NCBI RefSeq assembly: GCF_041397485.1
Contig: NZ_JAWKWO010000004.1
Location: 3,042 to 67,041 of the forward strand
DNA from: Zhengella sp.
Lineage (GTDB): Bacteria; Pseudomonadota; Alphaproteobacteria; Rhizobiales; Rhizobiaceae
Reading direction: 5' to 3'
Length of the DNA stretch: 64,000 nucleotides
Below, one piece after another: positions 8,929-20,146 of the stretch (position 1 is the stretch's first letter; each line of letters begins with the position of its first letter). Made by a program: the position numbers and the translations under genes. Under the pieces are notes generated by a model. It ran no database searches. It was not told the origin of the DNA and worked only from the letters and a program-made list of their open reading frames with translations.

Positions 8929-10518
8929 ATGAGACGTCTCGTCCTCCTGGCAACGGCCAGCACCCTCACCGGCATCGCGCCGCTCGCAGCAGCACCGCTT
9001 GCACCAACGCAGCCGGCGGTGGCCCAGCAATCCCGGACGCTGCTCTTCGCGCAGAACGATACCGCGAAGGAGGAGGAGAAGGTGCTGGAAAAGCTGGAGG
9101 AGCAGCAGCCCGCCACCGAGCCCGAAACCGAGGCCGCGCCCGCCGAACAGGCCGAGGAGCAGCAGCCCGCCGCCGAGCCCGAAGCCGAAGCAGCGCCCGC
9201 CGAACAGGCCGAGGAGCAGCAGCCCGCTGCCGAGCCCGAAGCCGAGGCCGCGCCCGCCGAACAGGCAGAGGAGCAGCAGCCCGCCGCCGAACCCGAATCC
9301 GGGGCCGCGCCCGCCGAACAGGCCGAAGAGGAGCAGCAGCCCGCCGCCGAACCGGAGGCCGAGACCGCGCCCGCCGAACAGGCCGAGGAGCAGCAGCCCG
9401 CCACCGAGCCCGAAGCCGACGCCGCGCCTACCGAACAGGCCGAGGAGCGGCAGCAACCGGTACCCACCCCGGAAGCCAGGCCTGAAGAGAGCGAGCTGGC
9501 CGGACAGGAAAGGGACCGTCGCCGCCGCGAGGAACGCGTGCGCATCGACGAACCCATCGAGCCGATCGAAAGCGAGCGCGGCGAACGGATCGAGGACGGA
9601 CGGGATGTCGCGACGCGCCCGCGCTGGCGTGAGCGCCGGGATGCGCGTGAAGTGCGCGAGTTCGACGACAGGGTGGTGATCCGGCTTGGCGATGGCGGCC
9701 TCGTGGTCGAGCGCAGGGACGGGCGCGACGAGCGAATCCGCCGCCGCTCCAGAAATGTCGAGGTCGAGCGTCTGCGCGGCGGCCGGATCCGCGAAACCGT
9801 GCACAGGCGCAACGTCTCCATCGTGACGATCTACGGGCGGAACGGCGAAATCCTGCGCCGCTCGCGCATCGGTCCGGACGGGCGCGAAACCGTGCTCTTC
9901 TACGTTCCCCGCGACCGCTGGGACAACATGCCCATCGGGCGTGAACGCTGGGACCGTGACTATGGCCTGCCTCCGCTTCGCGTGACGGTGCCGCGTGACC
10001 GCTATGTCTGGGAGCCCCGGCGGGCTTCGCCCGAGGACTACTACGAGTTCCTCGAACAGCCGCCGGTCGAGCGTGCCGAACGCCTCTACTCGGTCGATGA
10101 GGTGCGCTATTCCGAACGCCTGCGCGACAAGCTCCCCCGCATCGATCTGGAGACGGTGAACTTCGCTTTCGGTTCTGCCCGGATTCGCGAGGAAGACATC
10201 GGCAAGCTTCAGGACCTGGCAGATGCCATCAAACGCATCGTCGGCAACAATCCGTCCGAATCCTTCCTCATCGAAGGCCATACGGATGCCGTGGGATCGG
10301 AAGTGGCCAACCTTGCCCTGTCCGACAGGCGCGCCGAGAATGTCGCCATCGCCCTGACGGACGTGTTCGACGTGCCGCCGGAAAACCTGGTCACACAGGG
10401 CTATGGCGAAAGCGATCTCAAGGTCGAGACCGAAGGCCGTTCGGCGGCGAACCGGCGGGTCACCGTGCGCCGGATCACGCCGCTTGTCGCACCGGGCAAC
10501 AGCGCCCGCGCCCAGTGA
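8929..10518 (+). CDS. OmpA-family envelope protein with acidic tandem-repeat linker
   Basis: Signal peptide is MRRLVLLATASTLTGIAPLAAAP. The C-terminal OmpA_C block is VNFAFGSARI...LIEGHTDAVGSEVANLALSDRRAENV...NRRVTVRR. Confidence 0.85.
   Translation: MRRLVLLATASTLTGIAPLAAAPLAPTQPAVAQQSRTLLFAQNDTAKEEEKVLEKLEEQQPATEPETEAAPAEQAEEQQPAAEPEAEAAPAEQAEEQQPAAEPEAEAAPAEQAEEQQPAAEPESGAAPAEQAEEEQQPAAEPEAETAPAEQAEEQQPATEPEADAAPTEQAEERQQPVPTPEARPEESELAGQERDRRRREERVRIDEPIEPIESERGERIEDGRDVATRPRWRERRDAREVREFDDRVVIRLGDGGLVVERRDGRDERIRRRSRNVEVERLRGGRIRETVHRRNVSIVTIYGRNGEILRRSRIGPDGRETVLFYVPRDRWDNMPIGRERWDRDYGLPPLRVTVPRDRYVWEPRRASPEDYYEFLEQPPVERAERLYSVDEVRYSERLRDKLPRIDLETVNFAFGSARIREEDIGKLQDLADAIKRIVGNNPSESFLIEGHTDAVGSEVANLALSDRRAENVAIALTDVFDVPPENLVTQGYGESDLKVETEGRSAANRRVTVRRITPLVAPGNSARAQ
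9097..9441 (+). repeat. In-frame tandem repeat, six units of 57 nt (one of 60 nt), coding EEQQPA(A/T)EPEAEAAPAEQA
   Basis: Read directly from the sequence. Units start at 9097 and a degenerate seventh unit follows. Confidence 0.95.
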
Positions 10519-10682
10519 GGGAATGCCCGGCGGGCGGGCGGCGGCTCACGCCGCCTGCCACCATATTGCCCCGAAATGGTCCAAGAGCGCCCATCGCATT
10601 TCCACTTTCGATGCCTATCTTCAGACCATCCCTGCCTCATCCCGAATGCAGGCCCTGTCCCTTGCCTGATCGCGGGAGCGAA

Positions 10683-10718
10683 GCCCGGCCGGTTCTCCCC
10701 TCTCCGGCCGGGCTTTTT
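10683..10718 (+). terminator. Intrinsic terminator 165 nt downstream of the OmpA-family stop
   Basis: GCCCGGCCGG-(11 nt)-CCGGCCGGGC is followed by TTTTT. Confidence 0.75.
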
Positions 10719-10882
10719 CATGCCGCCAGCCATGCCGGCCCGCATGCTGCCGCTGTTTCAGTCTTTCACGACTTGTGATCCCTGCCCCGGAACCGCGCCC
10801 GCCAAAAAGCCGTTCTTCTCTTCGAGCCTTGCCTCTCAGGCAACGCCACGCAGATGACGATTGTTTTGCAAGGAGACCTTCC

Positions 10883-11260
10883 ATGAACGAGAACCAATCC
10901 CCCCGCCGCGACTATCGCGAGACCCGCGCCGAAGCCTCTTCCAGCGGCGCTGGCTGGTTGATCGCCGGGGTGGCGATCGCTGCCCTCGTGGCCGTCGGCG
11001 CCTGGATCTATTCCGGCACCACGACAGACACGGTGGCGACCGACGGGACACCTGCAGTGACCGACCAGGTTCCCACAGACACGACCGAAACCGGCTCCGT
11101 GACCGGCGAGGAACCGGCGCCGATGACCAATGACGCGCCGGCGGCGACCGATACGGCGCCGATGGATGATGCACCGGCCACGCAGGCGGCACCTGAAACC
11201 CCGGCGCAAGGCGACGAAGCCCCCGCCGGCGGCACGGACACCACTCCGCCCGCCCAGTAA
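10883..11260 (+). CDS. Small membrane-anchored Thr/Asp/Ala/Pro-rich protein, function unknown
   Basis: AGGAGA sits 7 nt upstream of ATG 10883. One TM segment (AGWLIAGVAIAALVAVGAWIY) is followed by a low-complexity tail. A terminator follows. Confidence 0.55.
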   Translation: MNENQSPRRDYRETRAEASSSGAGWLIAGVAIAALVAVGAWIYSGTTTDTVATDGTPAVTDQVPTDTTETGSVTGEEPAPMTNDAPAATDTAPMDDAPATQAAPETPAQGDEAPAGGTDTTPPAQ

Positions 11261-11285
11261 AAGTCATTCGCCAGCATCGCACAAA

Positions 11286-11313
11286 GGCGTCGTCCCACGG
11301 ACGGCGCCTTTTT
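11286..11313. terminator. Hairpin terminator between convergent genes
   Basis: GGCGTCGTCC-CAC-GGACGGCGCC is followed by TTTTT on the plus strand. Confidence 0.65.
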
Positions 11314-11330
11314 CCGTGCCAGGGTGTTGC

Positions 11331-11618
11331 TCAGTACCGGTTGCCCGGAACAGGGACGGCGGGCTCTGTCTGCGCACTCTGCCGCTTTATGGACCCGGTT
11401 GCCATCGGATCGACCGTGGTTGCATCATCGCTGCCCGGCAGCACAGCCCGCCCCGCCATCACGACACCCCGTCCGGCCAGTTTTCCCGCGCCCACCGTGG
11501 TTTTCACCGCAGCCTTGGTTACCGCATAGGTTGCCCCCGCACCGACGACCGCAGCCGTGCCACAGCCTGCAAGCGGGGCGCAGGCGGCGAGCGTAAAAAG
11601 GATGATAGCCTTGCGCAT
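11331..11618 (-). CDS. Small lipoprotein, function unknown
   Basis: MRKAIILFTLAACAPLAGCGT carries a lipobox (LAGC). 95 aa. Confidence 0.6.
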   Translation of the reverse strand: MRKAIILFTLAACAPLAGCGTAAVVGAGATYAVTKAAVKTTVGAGKLAGRGVVMAGRAVLPGSDDATTVDPMATGSIKRQSAQTEPAVPVPGNRY

Positions 11619-11688
11619 GAAGCGGCCCCCCGGTTTCGCCGCCCGACATTGCAGGCAACGGATTAAGGCCGCGTTAAGGAAACCGCGA

Positions 11689-12111
11689 TCAGGCAGACAG
11701 ATGCAGCACGATTTCGCGCCGGTGCGGCTGGTCGCGATGCTCGAACAGGTACAACCCCTGCCACGTGCCAAGCAGAAGACGGCTGTCAGCCACCGGAATG
11801 CCCAGCGACGTCTGGGTCAGCGCGGCCTTGATATGGGCCGGCATGTCATCCGGCCCCTCGTCGCGATGAACGATCCAGCGCATGGACGGATCGTCGGCTG
11901 GCGGCACGACCCGCGAAAAAAAGCCCTTCAGGTCGCGCCGGACATCGGGATCGGCATTTTCCTGGATCAGCAGCGAGCAGGATGTATGCCGAACGAAGAT
12001 CGTGAGCAGCCCTTCCGCCGGCGCATTCGCTTGCACGAAAGCGGTTGCCTCAGCCGTGAATTCGTAAAGCCCCTGGCCACGGGTCGCGATGGTGAGCCGC
12101 GTCTGCGCCAT
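11689..12111 (-). CDS. yjbQ: YjbQ/UPF0047 family protein (secondary thiamine-phosphate synthase family)
   Basis: Contains LLTIFVRHTSCSLLIQENADPDVRRDL...EGPDDMPAHIKAAL...LGTWQGLYLFEHR. 140 aa. Confidence 0.8.
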   Translation of the reverse strand: MAQTRLTIATRGQGLYEFTAEATAFVQANAPAEGLLTIFVRHTSCSLLIQENADPDVRRDLKGFFSRVVPPADDPSMRWIVHRDEGPDDMPAHIKAALTQTSLGIPVADSRLLLGTWQGLYLFEHRDQPHRREIVLHLSA

Positions 12112-12113
12112 GA

Positions 12114-12392
12114 TCAGCCGAACAGGTCCTCGCCCTGCTGGTCGATCAGCAGCCGCGCCTTGCGCATGAAGGCATCGGCTGCATCGTCGGATGTGGTGAA
12201 CATGTCCGCGCGGATGAGCATGTGTTCGCGCCGCCCATCGCCCTCGCCCAGCACGATCAGGCCCTGCAACCGGTACATGCCGCCCTCGGCCTTCGGCATC
12301 GGCGTCAGGGCATAACCCTGGTACTCCACCGTTTCCGCCTTGATCGGCTGCGCATCCGCGCCACCGCCGAACAGGCGCTTGAGAAAGGACAT
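12114..12392 (-). CDS. Small conserved protein of the type annotated 'HlyU-like' in Rhizobiales; function unverified
   Basis: AGGAGG RBS is present and the N-terminus is MSFLKRLFGGG. Its stop lies 2 nt before the yjbQ start. The family name is recalled from annotations only. Confidence 0.5.
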   Translation of the reverse strand: MSFLKRLFGGGADAQPIKAETVEYQGYALTPMPKAEGGMYRLQGLIVLGEGDGRREHMLIRADMFTTSDDAADAFMRKARLLIDQQGEDLFG

Positions 12393-12499
12393 GCGCTTGC
12401 CTCCTTTGACCGTCTGTCCGGAGCCATACACCAACCGGCCGTGTTTGTGAAACCGCCGGTGGCGGAACGGGCCGGCGCGGCCCGCTCCTTTTCCAGCCG

Positions 12500-13087
12500 T
12501 CAGGCTCCGCGCAGCACCTCATTGCAACGCGACAGCGAGAAGCCTTCGCCGGTCGTGTCACGCAGGATGTTGAAGGCGGTGATCCGCCCTTGCGCGTCGG
12601 TGGTGATGGTGGCCTCGCAAAACAGCCTGCGCGTCTGCGCCGGACGGACGAGAACTTGCCCGGGCGGTGTCTGAGGCTGTCCGCCGAAAGCGGCCAGTGC
12701 AGCATCGGGATTGAAACGCACGCCCGACGAGCGCGTTTCGGTGCGTGTGACCGTGGTGCCGGGCGCGGGATTGGAGACGGTCGTGGTTGTGGTCGTGTTG
12801 CGCGAGCCGAAACCGCCCGAAGCGGGGTTCGGCTTCTGCGGCTGCGGCGCCGGGCGATACTGCGCCGGAATCGTCACGGTCGTCTCGCCGCCGCGCCAGG
12901 TGTAGTTGACGCCGCCCGATTGCAGCGCGAATTGCTGCATGGGTGCGCCATGGCGGGCAAAGAACAGTTCGGCCGGTTGCCCGATCCATGTCGTCTGCAG
13001 GCTCTGGTTCACCTCCTGCGTCGTTTCGCAACCGGCAAGCATTGCCGATGCGGCGAGAATGGAAAGAAGGGATGTGGTTCGTTTCAT
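12500..13087 (-). CDS. Lipoprotein, function unknown
   Basis: MKRTTSLLSILAASAMLAGCET carries a lipobox. A Thr-rich central stretch is present. Confidence 0.6.
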   Translation of the reverse strand: MKRTTSLLSILAASAMLAGCETTQEVNQSLQTTWIGQPAELFFARHGAPMQQFALQSGGVNYTWRGGETTVTIPAQYRPAPQPQKPNPASGGFGSRNTTTTTTVSNPAPGTTVTRTETRSSGVRFNPDAALAAFGGQPQTPPGQVLVRPAQTRRLFCEATITTDAQGRITAFNILRDTTGEGFSLSRCNEVLRGA

Positions 13088-13206
13088 GCCGGGGGACCCT
13101 GAATGCGTTTTCGTAACGGATGCGCATTTATTCAGACCCCCTTATATGCGAACAAGTGAAATATTGATTTTATCCACGATAACGGCGCCGGCGCTTCACG
13201 CGAATG

Positions 13207-13234
13207 AAAAGACCCGGGCGTTTCCACCCGGGTC
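13207..13234 (-). terminator. rpoD intrinsic terminator
   Basis: On the minus strand, GACCCGGG-(8 nt)-CCCGGGTC is followed by TTTT. It lies about 30 nt after the rpoD stop. Confidence 0.7.
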
Positions 13235-13264
13235 CTTGTTTCGTCCACTGCCTTGAAATGGCGC

Positions 13265-15295
<2,031 letters not shown>

Positions 15296-15625
15296 GCTTT
15301 CTTCTCTCTGCTCGGCGCGAGTCGCGGTCACGCCGGCCTTGTTTGTCCGTTGTCTGTCGCTGCGTCAGGGTCCGGACACGAATCCGTTCTGTAAAGGTAG
15401 GTCGGTCCTTGCCAGTAGCAAGACGCCCGTTAATGCGGCCCTAACCCTGTTCGGCTGCGATGCAGACAATCCGCAATCCCGTGTTTCAGGCCGCACGTCG
15501 GATATGGGGCCTTGTCCTGCGCTCTGGTCCAAACTTGTCTGATTCCGGTTTATTTCGCCTGCGTCAACCCCGGCAATGCCATGATTCGGGGCGAAAATGC
15601 GAATCAGTTGTTCAGGCCCGGTTTT

Positions 15626-17551
15626 TCAGGACGATCTGCGCGCCGGTCCACGCCCCGAAGCCACACCGAATCCGTCGATGATCGCTTCCGTCGCGCGGGC
15701 CTTGCGCATCTGCTCCTGGATGTCGAGCAACCGGCGGTAATTGGCCTCTGTCGGTTCGTTGGCCAGCGCCAGTTCCGCCGCCTTGAGCTCCTTATGTAAG
15801 CCGCGCGCCGACCGGTGCAAGTGGAGCGCCTGAAGGAATCCTTCGCGGGCATCCTCGCTGGCCGCATCGCCCAGCGCCGTCCATTGCCGCGCCCGCCGCG
15901 CCAGCATGTCTGCCTGGTCGAGCACATCGCCGAGGCCGGCCGCGCGCACCGCCGCCAGCGTTTCCTCCCGGTCGCCCGTGCGCCCATGCGCCATCGCATC
16001 GAACAGCACCGACAACAGCCGGCGCAGGTCCGGGCTGTCCAGTTCGAGCTGGTCGCAATCCTCGAAATGCGCATCCAGCAGGAACGGATGATTGGCCAGC
16101 GTCAGCACGAGAACGGTTTCGCGCAGCGGCAGGCCGCCTTGGGCCTGGCGCACCAGCGCCGACCGCGCAAGGCTGTCGGAGACGGCAAGCCGGCTGGACG
16201 CGCCGCCCAGCCGCGGCCCGCCCTTCTCGCCCCTGCCCCGGCTGTCGCGCTGCCGGTTGCGCGGCCCGGTTCCGAAAAAGGCCTGCGCCCGCTCGCGCAT
16301 GTCCTGGAGATAGTGATGGCGCACGCTTTCGTCCTGAATGCGGAAGACCGCGTCGCGCAGCCGCTTCTCCAGTTCCGCCCGGCGCTCCGGCGTGTCGAAC
16401 ACACCGGCGGCCGTCTCGCGCATCCAGATCAGGTCGGCCAGCGGCCGCGCCTCGCGCAGCACCGCCTGCATCGCCTCGCCGCCCTGCGCCTTGATCAGGT
16501 CATCGGGGTCCTGGCCCTCGGGCAGCAGCGCAAAGCGCGCTGTGTGCCCCGGCTTGACCGATGGCAGGATCAGGTCGGCGGCCCGCCATGCCGCCTTCAA
16601 CCCGGCCTGGTCGCCGTCGAAGCACAGCACCGGCTCACCGCTGATGCGCCACAGCAGTTCCATCTGCTCCTCGGTCAGCGCCGTGCCGAGCGGCGCCACC
16701 GCATGGCGGATGCCGGCCTGCGCCAGCGCGATGACATCCATGTAGCCTTCCACGGCGACAACCGTTCCAGCTTCCTGCGCCGCGCGCCGCGCCGGCCCGT
16801 GATTGTAGAGCACCCGCCCCTTGTGAAAGAGGTCCGTCTCCGGCGAATTGAGATATTTCGCCGGCACATCCGGCGACAGCGCCCGCCCGCCAAAGGCGAT
16901 CACCCGTCCGCGTGTGTCGGTGATGGGAAACATCACGCGGTCGCGGAAACGGTCATAGGAAACGGGAATGTCCGGGCCGTGAACCACCAGGCCGCAGGCC
17001 TCCATCTGCTCCTTCGCCACGCCCTTTGCCGAAAGGAATTCCTTGAGCGCATTGCGGCTGTCGGGGGCATAGCCCAGGCGGAACTCGCGCTGGATGGCGG
17101 AATTGAGTTCGCGGCCGCGCAGGTAGGCCCGCGCCTTTGCACCTTCGGCCGCCTGGAGCTTTTCCTCGAAGAATCGCGCCGCCATCTCCATCACGTCGCT
17201 CAGGGAAGCGCGCGCCTGCTCGCGGCGCTCCGCCTCCGGGTCGCGCGCCGGCATCGGCACGCCCGCCATTTCCGCGATACGCTCGACCGCTTCGGGAAAC
17301 GGCATACCGTCAAGCTCTGTCAGGAAGCGGAAATGGTCGCCCGACACGCCGCAACCGAAACAGTGATAACGGCCCTTGCGGTCCTCACAGTGAAAGCTCG
17401 GCGTCTTCTCGCCATGGAACGGGCAGCAGGCCCAGAAGTCGCCCTTGCCCGGATTGGACTTCCGGCGGTCGAAGGTCACGCGCGATCCCACCACGGCCGA
17501 AATCGGCACGCGATCCCTGATTTCGTCAAGGAAGGATTGCGCAAAACGCAT
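15626..17551 (-). CDS. dnaG: DNA primase DnaG
   Basis: Zinc finger is CCPFHGEKTPSFHCEDRKGRYHCFGCGVSGD. TOPRIM block is VVAVEGYMDVIAL...LCFDGDQAG. ATG 17551 has better RBS spacing (GGAAAGG) than GTG 17560. Confidence 0.95.
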   Translation of the reverse strand: MRFAQSFLDEIRDRVPISAVVGSRVTFDRRKSNPGKGDFWACCPFHGEKTPSFHCEDRKGRYHCFGCGVSGDHFRFLTELDGMPFPEAVERIAEMAGVPMPARDPEAERREQARASLSDVMEMAARFFEEKLQAAEGAKARAYLRGRELNSAIQREFRLGYAPDSRNALKEFLSAKGVAKEQMEACGLVVHGPDIPVSYDRFRDRVMFPITDTRGRVIAFGGRALSPDVPAKYLNSPETDLFHKGRVLYNHGPARRAAQEAGTVVAVEGYMDVIALAQAGIRHAVAPLGTALTEEQMELLWRISGEPVLCFDGDQAGLKAAWRAADLILPSVKPGHTARFALLPEGQDPDDLIKAQGGEAMQAVLREARPLADLIWMRETAAGVFDTPERRAELEKRLRDAVFRIQDESVRHHYLQDMRERAQAFFGTGPRNRQRDSRGRGEKGGPRLGGASSRLAVSDSLARSALVRQAQGGLPLRETVLVLTLANHPFLLDAHFEDCDQLELDSPDLRRLLSVLFDAMAHGRTGDREETLAAVRAAGLGDVLDQADMLARRARQWTALGDAASEDAREGFLQALHLHRSARGLHKELKAAELALANEPTEANYRRLLDIQEQMRKARATEAIIDGFGVASGRGPARRSS

Positions 17552-17793
17552 ATGGCTCACCTTTCCGCCTCATTGTCCAAAGGCCCTGGGCCGCATGCCA
17601 GGAAACGGTTCCGCAAACGGCCTGGCCCGGACCCGTCTGCCCGCGAGCCCGGTGCCAGCGCGTTGTATTCCCCGCATTCCGGCGCTGGGCAAGATATTAT
17701 TTCCCGCCCGCCATCAAACGCGCAAACAGCGCTCCTGCGCAAGGTGGCAGCGGCTGCTAGGGTTCCGCCGACGTCAACCGGAGGGTCAATGCC

Positions 17794-18006
17794 TTGGAAA
17801 CCCATGCCCGCAGCCTCGCCAAGGCCATTTCGTGGCGCGTGACAGGCACGCTGGACACCATGCTCATCTCGCTGGTCATCACCGGCAGCCTGCGTCTTGC
17901 CGCCGCCATCGGCCTGACGGAGGTGGCGACGAAGTCATTGCTCTATTACCTGCATGAACGCGCCTGGCTGAAGGTCCCCTTCGGCCGCCGCAGCATGCCG
18001 CAATGA
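17794..18006 (+). CDS. DUF2061 membrane protein
   Basis: AKAISWRVTGTLDTMLISLVITGS...TEVATKSLLYYLHERAW matches the DUF2061 pattern. Confidence 0.65.
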   Translation: METHARSLAKAISWRVTGTLDTMLISLVITGSLRLAAAIGLTEVATKSLLYYLHERAWLKVPFGRRSMPQ

Positions 18007-18075
18007 GCGGGCAAGCAAAAGGGCCCGGTGCCTGTGGCACACCGGGCCCTTCCGTCAACTGCCGGGACAAATCCG

Positions 18076-18525
18076 CTATTGAAGCATGTTCTTCGCGATG
18101 CCGTTTGCCTTGGCGAAGTCCATCTGACCGGGATAGCGCTCCTTGAGCGTGGCCATGCAGCGGCCCATGTCGCGCAGGCCTTCCGCGCCGATGTCGTCGA
18201 TGACCTGGCGCACGGCCGTCTTCGTGTCTTCCTCGCAAAGCTGGCGCGGCATGAATTCGCGGATGATGGCGATTTCCTGGCGTTCCTGCTCGGCCATGTC
18301 CAGCCGCGCGCCATCCTCGAAGGCCTTGGCCGATTCTTCGCGCTGCTTCACCATTTTCGCCAGGATCTGCAGGATATCCTCATCCGTGACAGGATCCTTG
18401 CCGGCACCGCGATTGGCGATATCGCGGTCCGTAACGGCCGCCTGGATGAGCCTGAGCGTGCAGACGCGTCGTTTGTCCTGTGCCTTGAGCGCGTTTTTCA
18501 GCGCCGCGGCGATTTCTTCGCGCAT
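18076..18525 (-). CDS. GatB/YqeY domain protein
   Basis: AGGAGG RBS is present. Contains MREEIAAALKNALKAQDKRRVCTLRLI and QREESAKAFEDGARLDMAEQERQEIAIIREFMP. Confidence 0.85.
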   Translation of the reverse strand: MREEIAAALKNALKAQDKRRVCTLRLIQAAVTDRDIANRGAGKDPVTDEDILQILAKMVKQREESAKAFEDGARLDMAEQERQEIAIIREFMPRQLCEEDTKTAVRQVIDDIGAEGLRDMGRCMATLKERYPGQMDFAKANGIAKNMLQ

Positions 18526-18851
18526 GGTGGATTGCCTCCTGTAAAGCGCTGCGAATTTACCGCCGACCGGCGCCGGATGCAAATCGTTTCGAGGCGCAGC
18601 AAGTCATTGACTTCAAAGCCTCTTTGTCGAAATTCACAACATTTTCCGATTGACGGCATGCACGCGGGAGCGCCCGCCGGGCGATCCGCGGCCACAGTTT
18701 CGCGGCATTTTTCTGCCGTTTACGGGCCACTTTTGTCGTGCGGGCCACATATGGCGCTGGTCCTTTGTCCTTTCAAGGTGTATGGGACCGCAGCCGAAAC
18801 ACCCATATCCCCCAGAGATTGCCCGCCGGCGCCTGACGACGGAGTACAGCC

Positions 18852-20054
18852 ATGACCGCAAACACCCTGCCCTGGACGACCGCCCGTCCGACCGCCCTTC
18901 TCGTTCTGGCCGACGGAACCGTCATCGAGGGCCGCGGCCTCGGCGCGACCGGTTCGGTCCAGGCCGAAGTCTGCTTCAACACCGCCCTGACCGGCTACGA
19001 GGAAATCCTCACCGACCCCTCCTATTCCGGGCAGATCGTCACCTTCACCTTCCCCCATATCGGCAATGTCGGCACCAACGACGAGGATATCGAGGATCTG
19101 ACGCCGGCCGGCCGGCATGGCGCCGTCGGCGCCGTCTTCAAGGCCGATGTGACCAACCCGTCCAATTATCGCGCGGCCTCGCATCTCGATGAGTGGCTGA
19201 CGAAACGCGGCATCATCGCCATGGCGGGCGTCGACACCCGCGCGCTGACGATCCTCATCCGCGAAAAGGGCATGCCGAATGCCGTCATCGCCCATGATCC
19301 GGACGGCCGCTTCGACCTGGAGGCGCTGAAGACGGCGGCAAAGGCATGGCACGGGCTTGTCGGCCTCGACCTCGCCCGCGACGTGACCTCCGGCCAGTCG
19401 GCCGCCTGGTCGCAGACGCCCTGGGTCTGGGATGAGGGCTATGGCAACCTGTCCGGGGAGCGGATGCACATCGTCGCCGTGGATTTTGGCGTCAAGCGCA
19501 ACATCCTGCGCCTTCTGGCGGGTCTCGGCGCGAAGGTGACCGTCGTTCCGGCCGGCACATCCGCCGCCGACATTCTCGCGCTCGATCCGGACGGCATCTT
19601 CCTGTCCAACGGTCCGGGCGACCCTGCGGCCACCGGCGACTATGCCGTGCCGATGATCCGCGACTTGCTGAAGACGGACATTCCGCTCTTCGGTATCTGC
19701 CTCGGCCACCAGATGCTGGCGCTGGCGCTGGGCGCGAAGACCTCCAAGATGCATCAGGGCCATCACGGCGCCAATCACCCGGTCAAGGACCACACCACCG
19801 GCAAGGTGGAGATCGTGTCCATGAACCACGGCTTCGCGGTGGATGGCGACAGCCTGCCGGAGGGTGTCCAGGAGACCCATGTCTCACTTTTCGACGGCTC
19901 CAATTGCGGTCTCATGCTCACCGGCAAGCCGGTCTTTTCGGTCCAGCATCACCCGGAAGCCTCGCCCGGCCCGCAGGACAGCCATTACCTGTTCCAGCGC
20001 TTCGCCAACATGATCCGCGCCCGCAAGGGCGAGCCGGAACTTGCCGAACGCTGA
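18852..20054 (+). CDS. carA: Carbamoyl-phosphate synthase small (glutaminase) subunit
   Basis: Contains FNTALTGYEEILTDPSY, GICLGHQML (catalytic Cys) and SVQHHPEASPGPQD. Confidence 0.97.
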   Translation: MTANTLPWTTARPTALLVLADGTVIEGRGLGATGSVQAEVCFNTALTGYEEILTDPSYSGQIVTFTFPHIGNVGTNDEDIEDLTPAGRHGAVGAVFKADVTNPSNYRAASHLDEWLTKRGIIAMAGVDTRALTILIREKGMPNAVIAHDPDGRFDLEALKTAAKAWHGLVGLDLARDVTSGQSAAWSQTPWVWDEGYGNLSGERMHIVAVDFGVKRNILRLLAGLGAKVTVVPAGTSAADILALDPDGIFLSNGPGDPAATGDYAVPMIRDLLKTDIPLFGICLGHQMLALALGAKTSKMHQGHHGANHPVKDHTTGKVEIVSMNHGFAVDGDSLPEGVQETHVSLFDGSNCGLMLTGKPVFSVQHHPEASPGPQDSHYLFQRFANMIRARKGEPELAER

Positions 20055-20081
20055 GCCTTCCGCTTCGCGGAGCATGCTTCA

Positions 20082-20113
20082 CGGGCGGTCCGCTGGCGGG
20101 CCGCCCGTTTCGA
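20082..20113 (+). terminator. Probable carA terminator
   Basis: The stem CGGGCGGTCCGC / GCGGGCCGCCCG contains one G-U pair. TTTCGATT follows. Confidence 0.5.
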
Positions 20114-20146
20114 TTCCGTCAGGTCGCCATGGTGGCCATGCCGGCG

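Noticed and set aside
9097-9441. Regularly spaced 57-nt repeats that could be mistaken for a CRISPR array
   Set aside because: The repeats are directly abutting with no unique spacers. They are in frame inside a gene and encode a repeated peptide.
6633-9821. 1062-codon ORF on the minus strand (also 8782-10281, 499 codons)
   Set aside because: It is antisense to two well-supported genes (the exonuclease-CBS-NTase fusion and the OmpA-family gene). The product is low-complexity Ser/Arg/Gly/Ala with no motifs or RBS. This is a typical stop-poor antisense frame in GC-rich DNA.
15815-17842. 675-codon plus-strand ORF
   Set aside because: It is the antisense shadow of dnaG.
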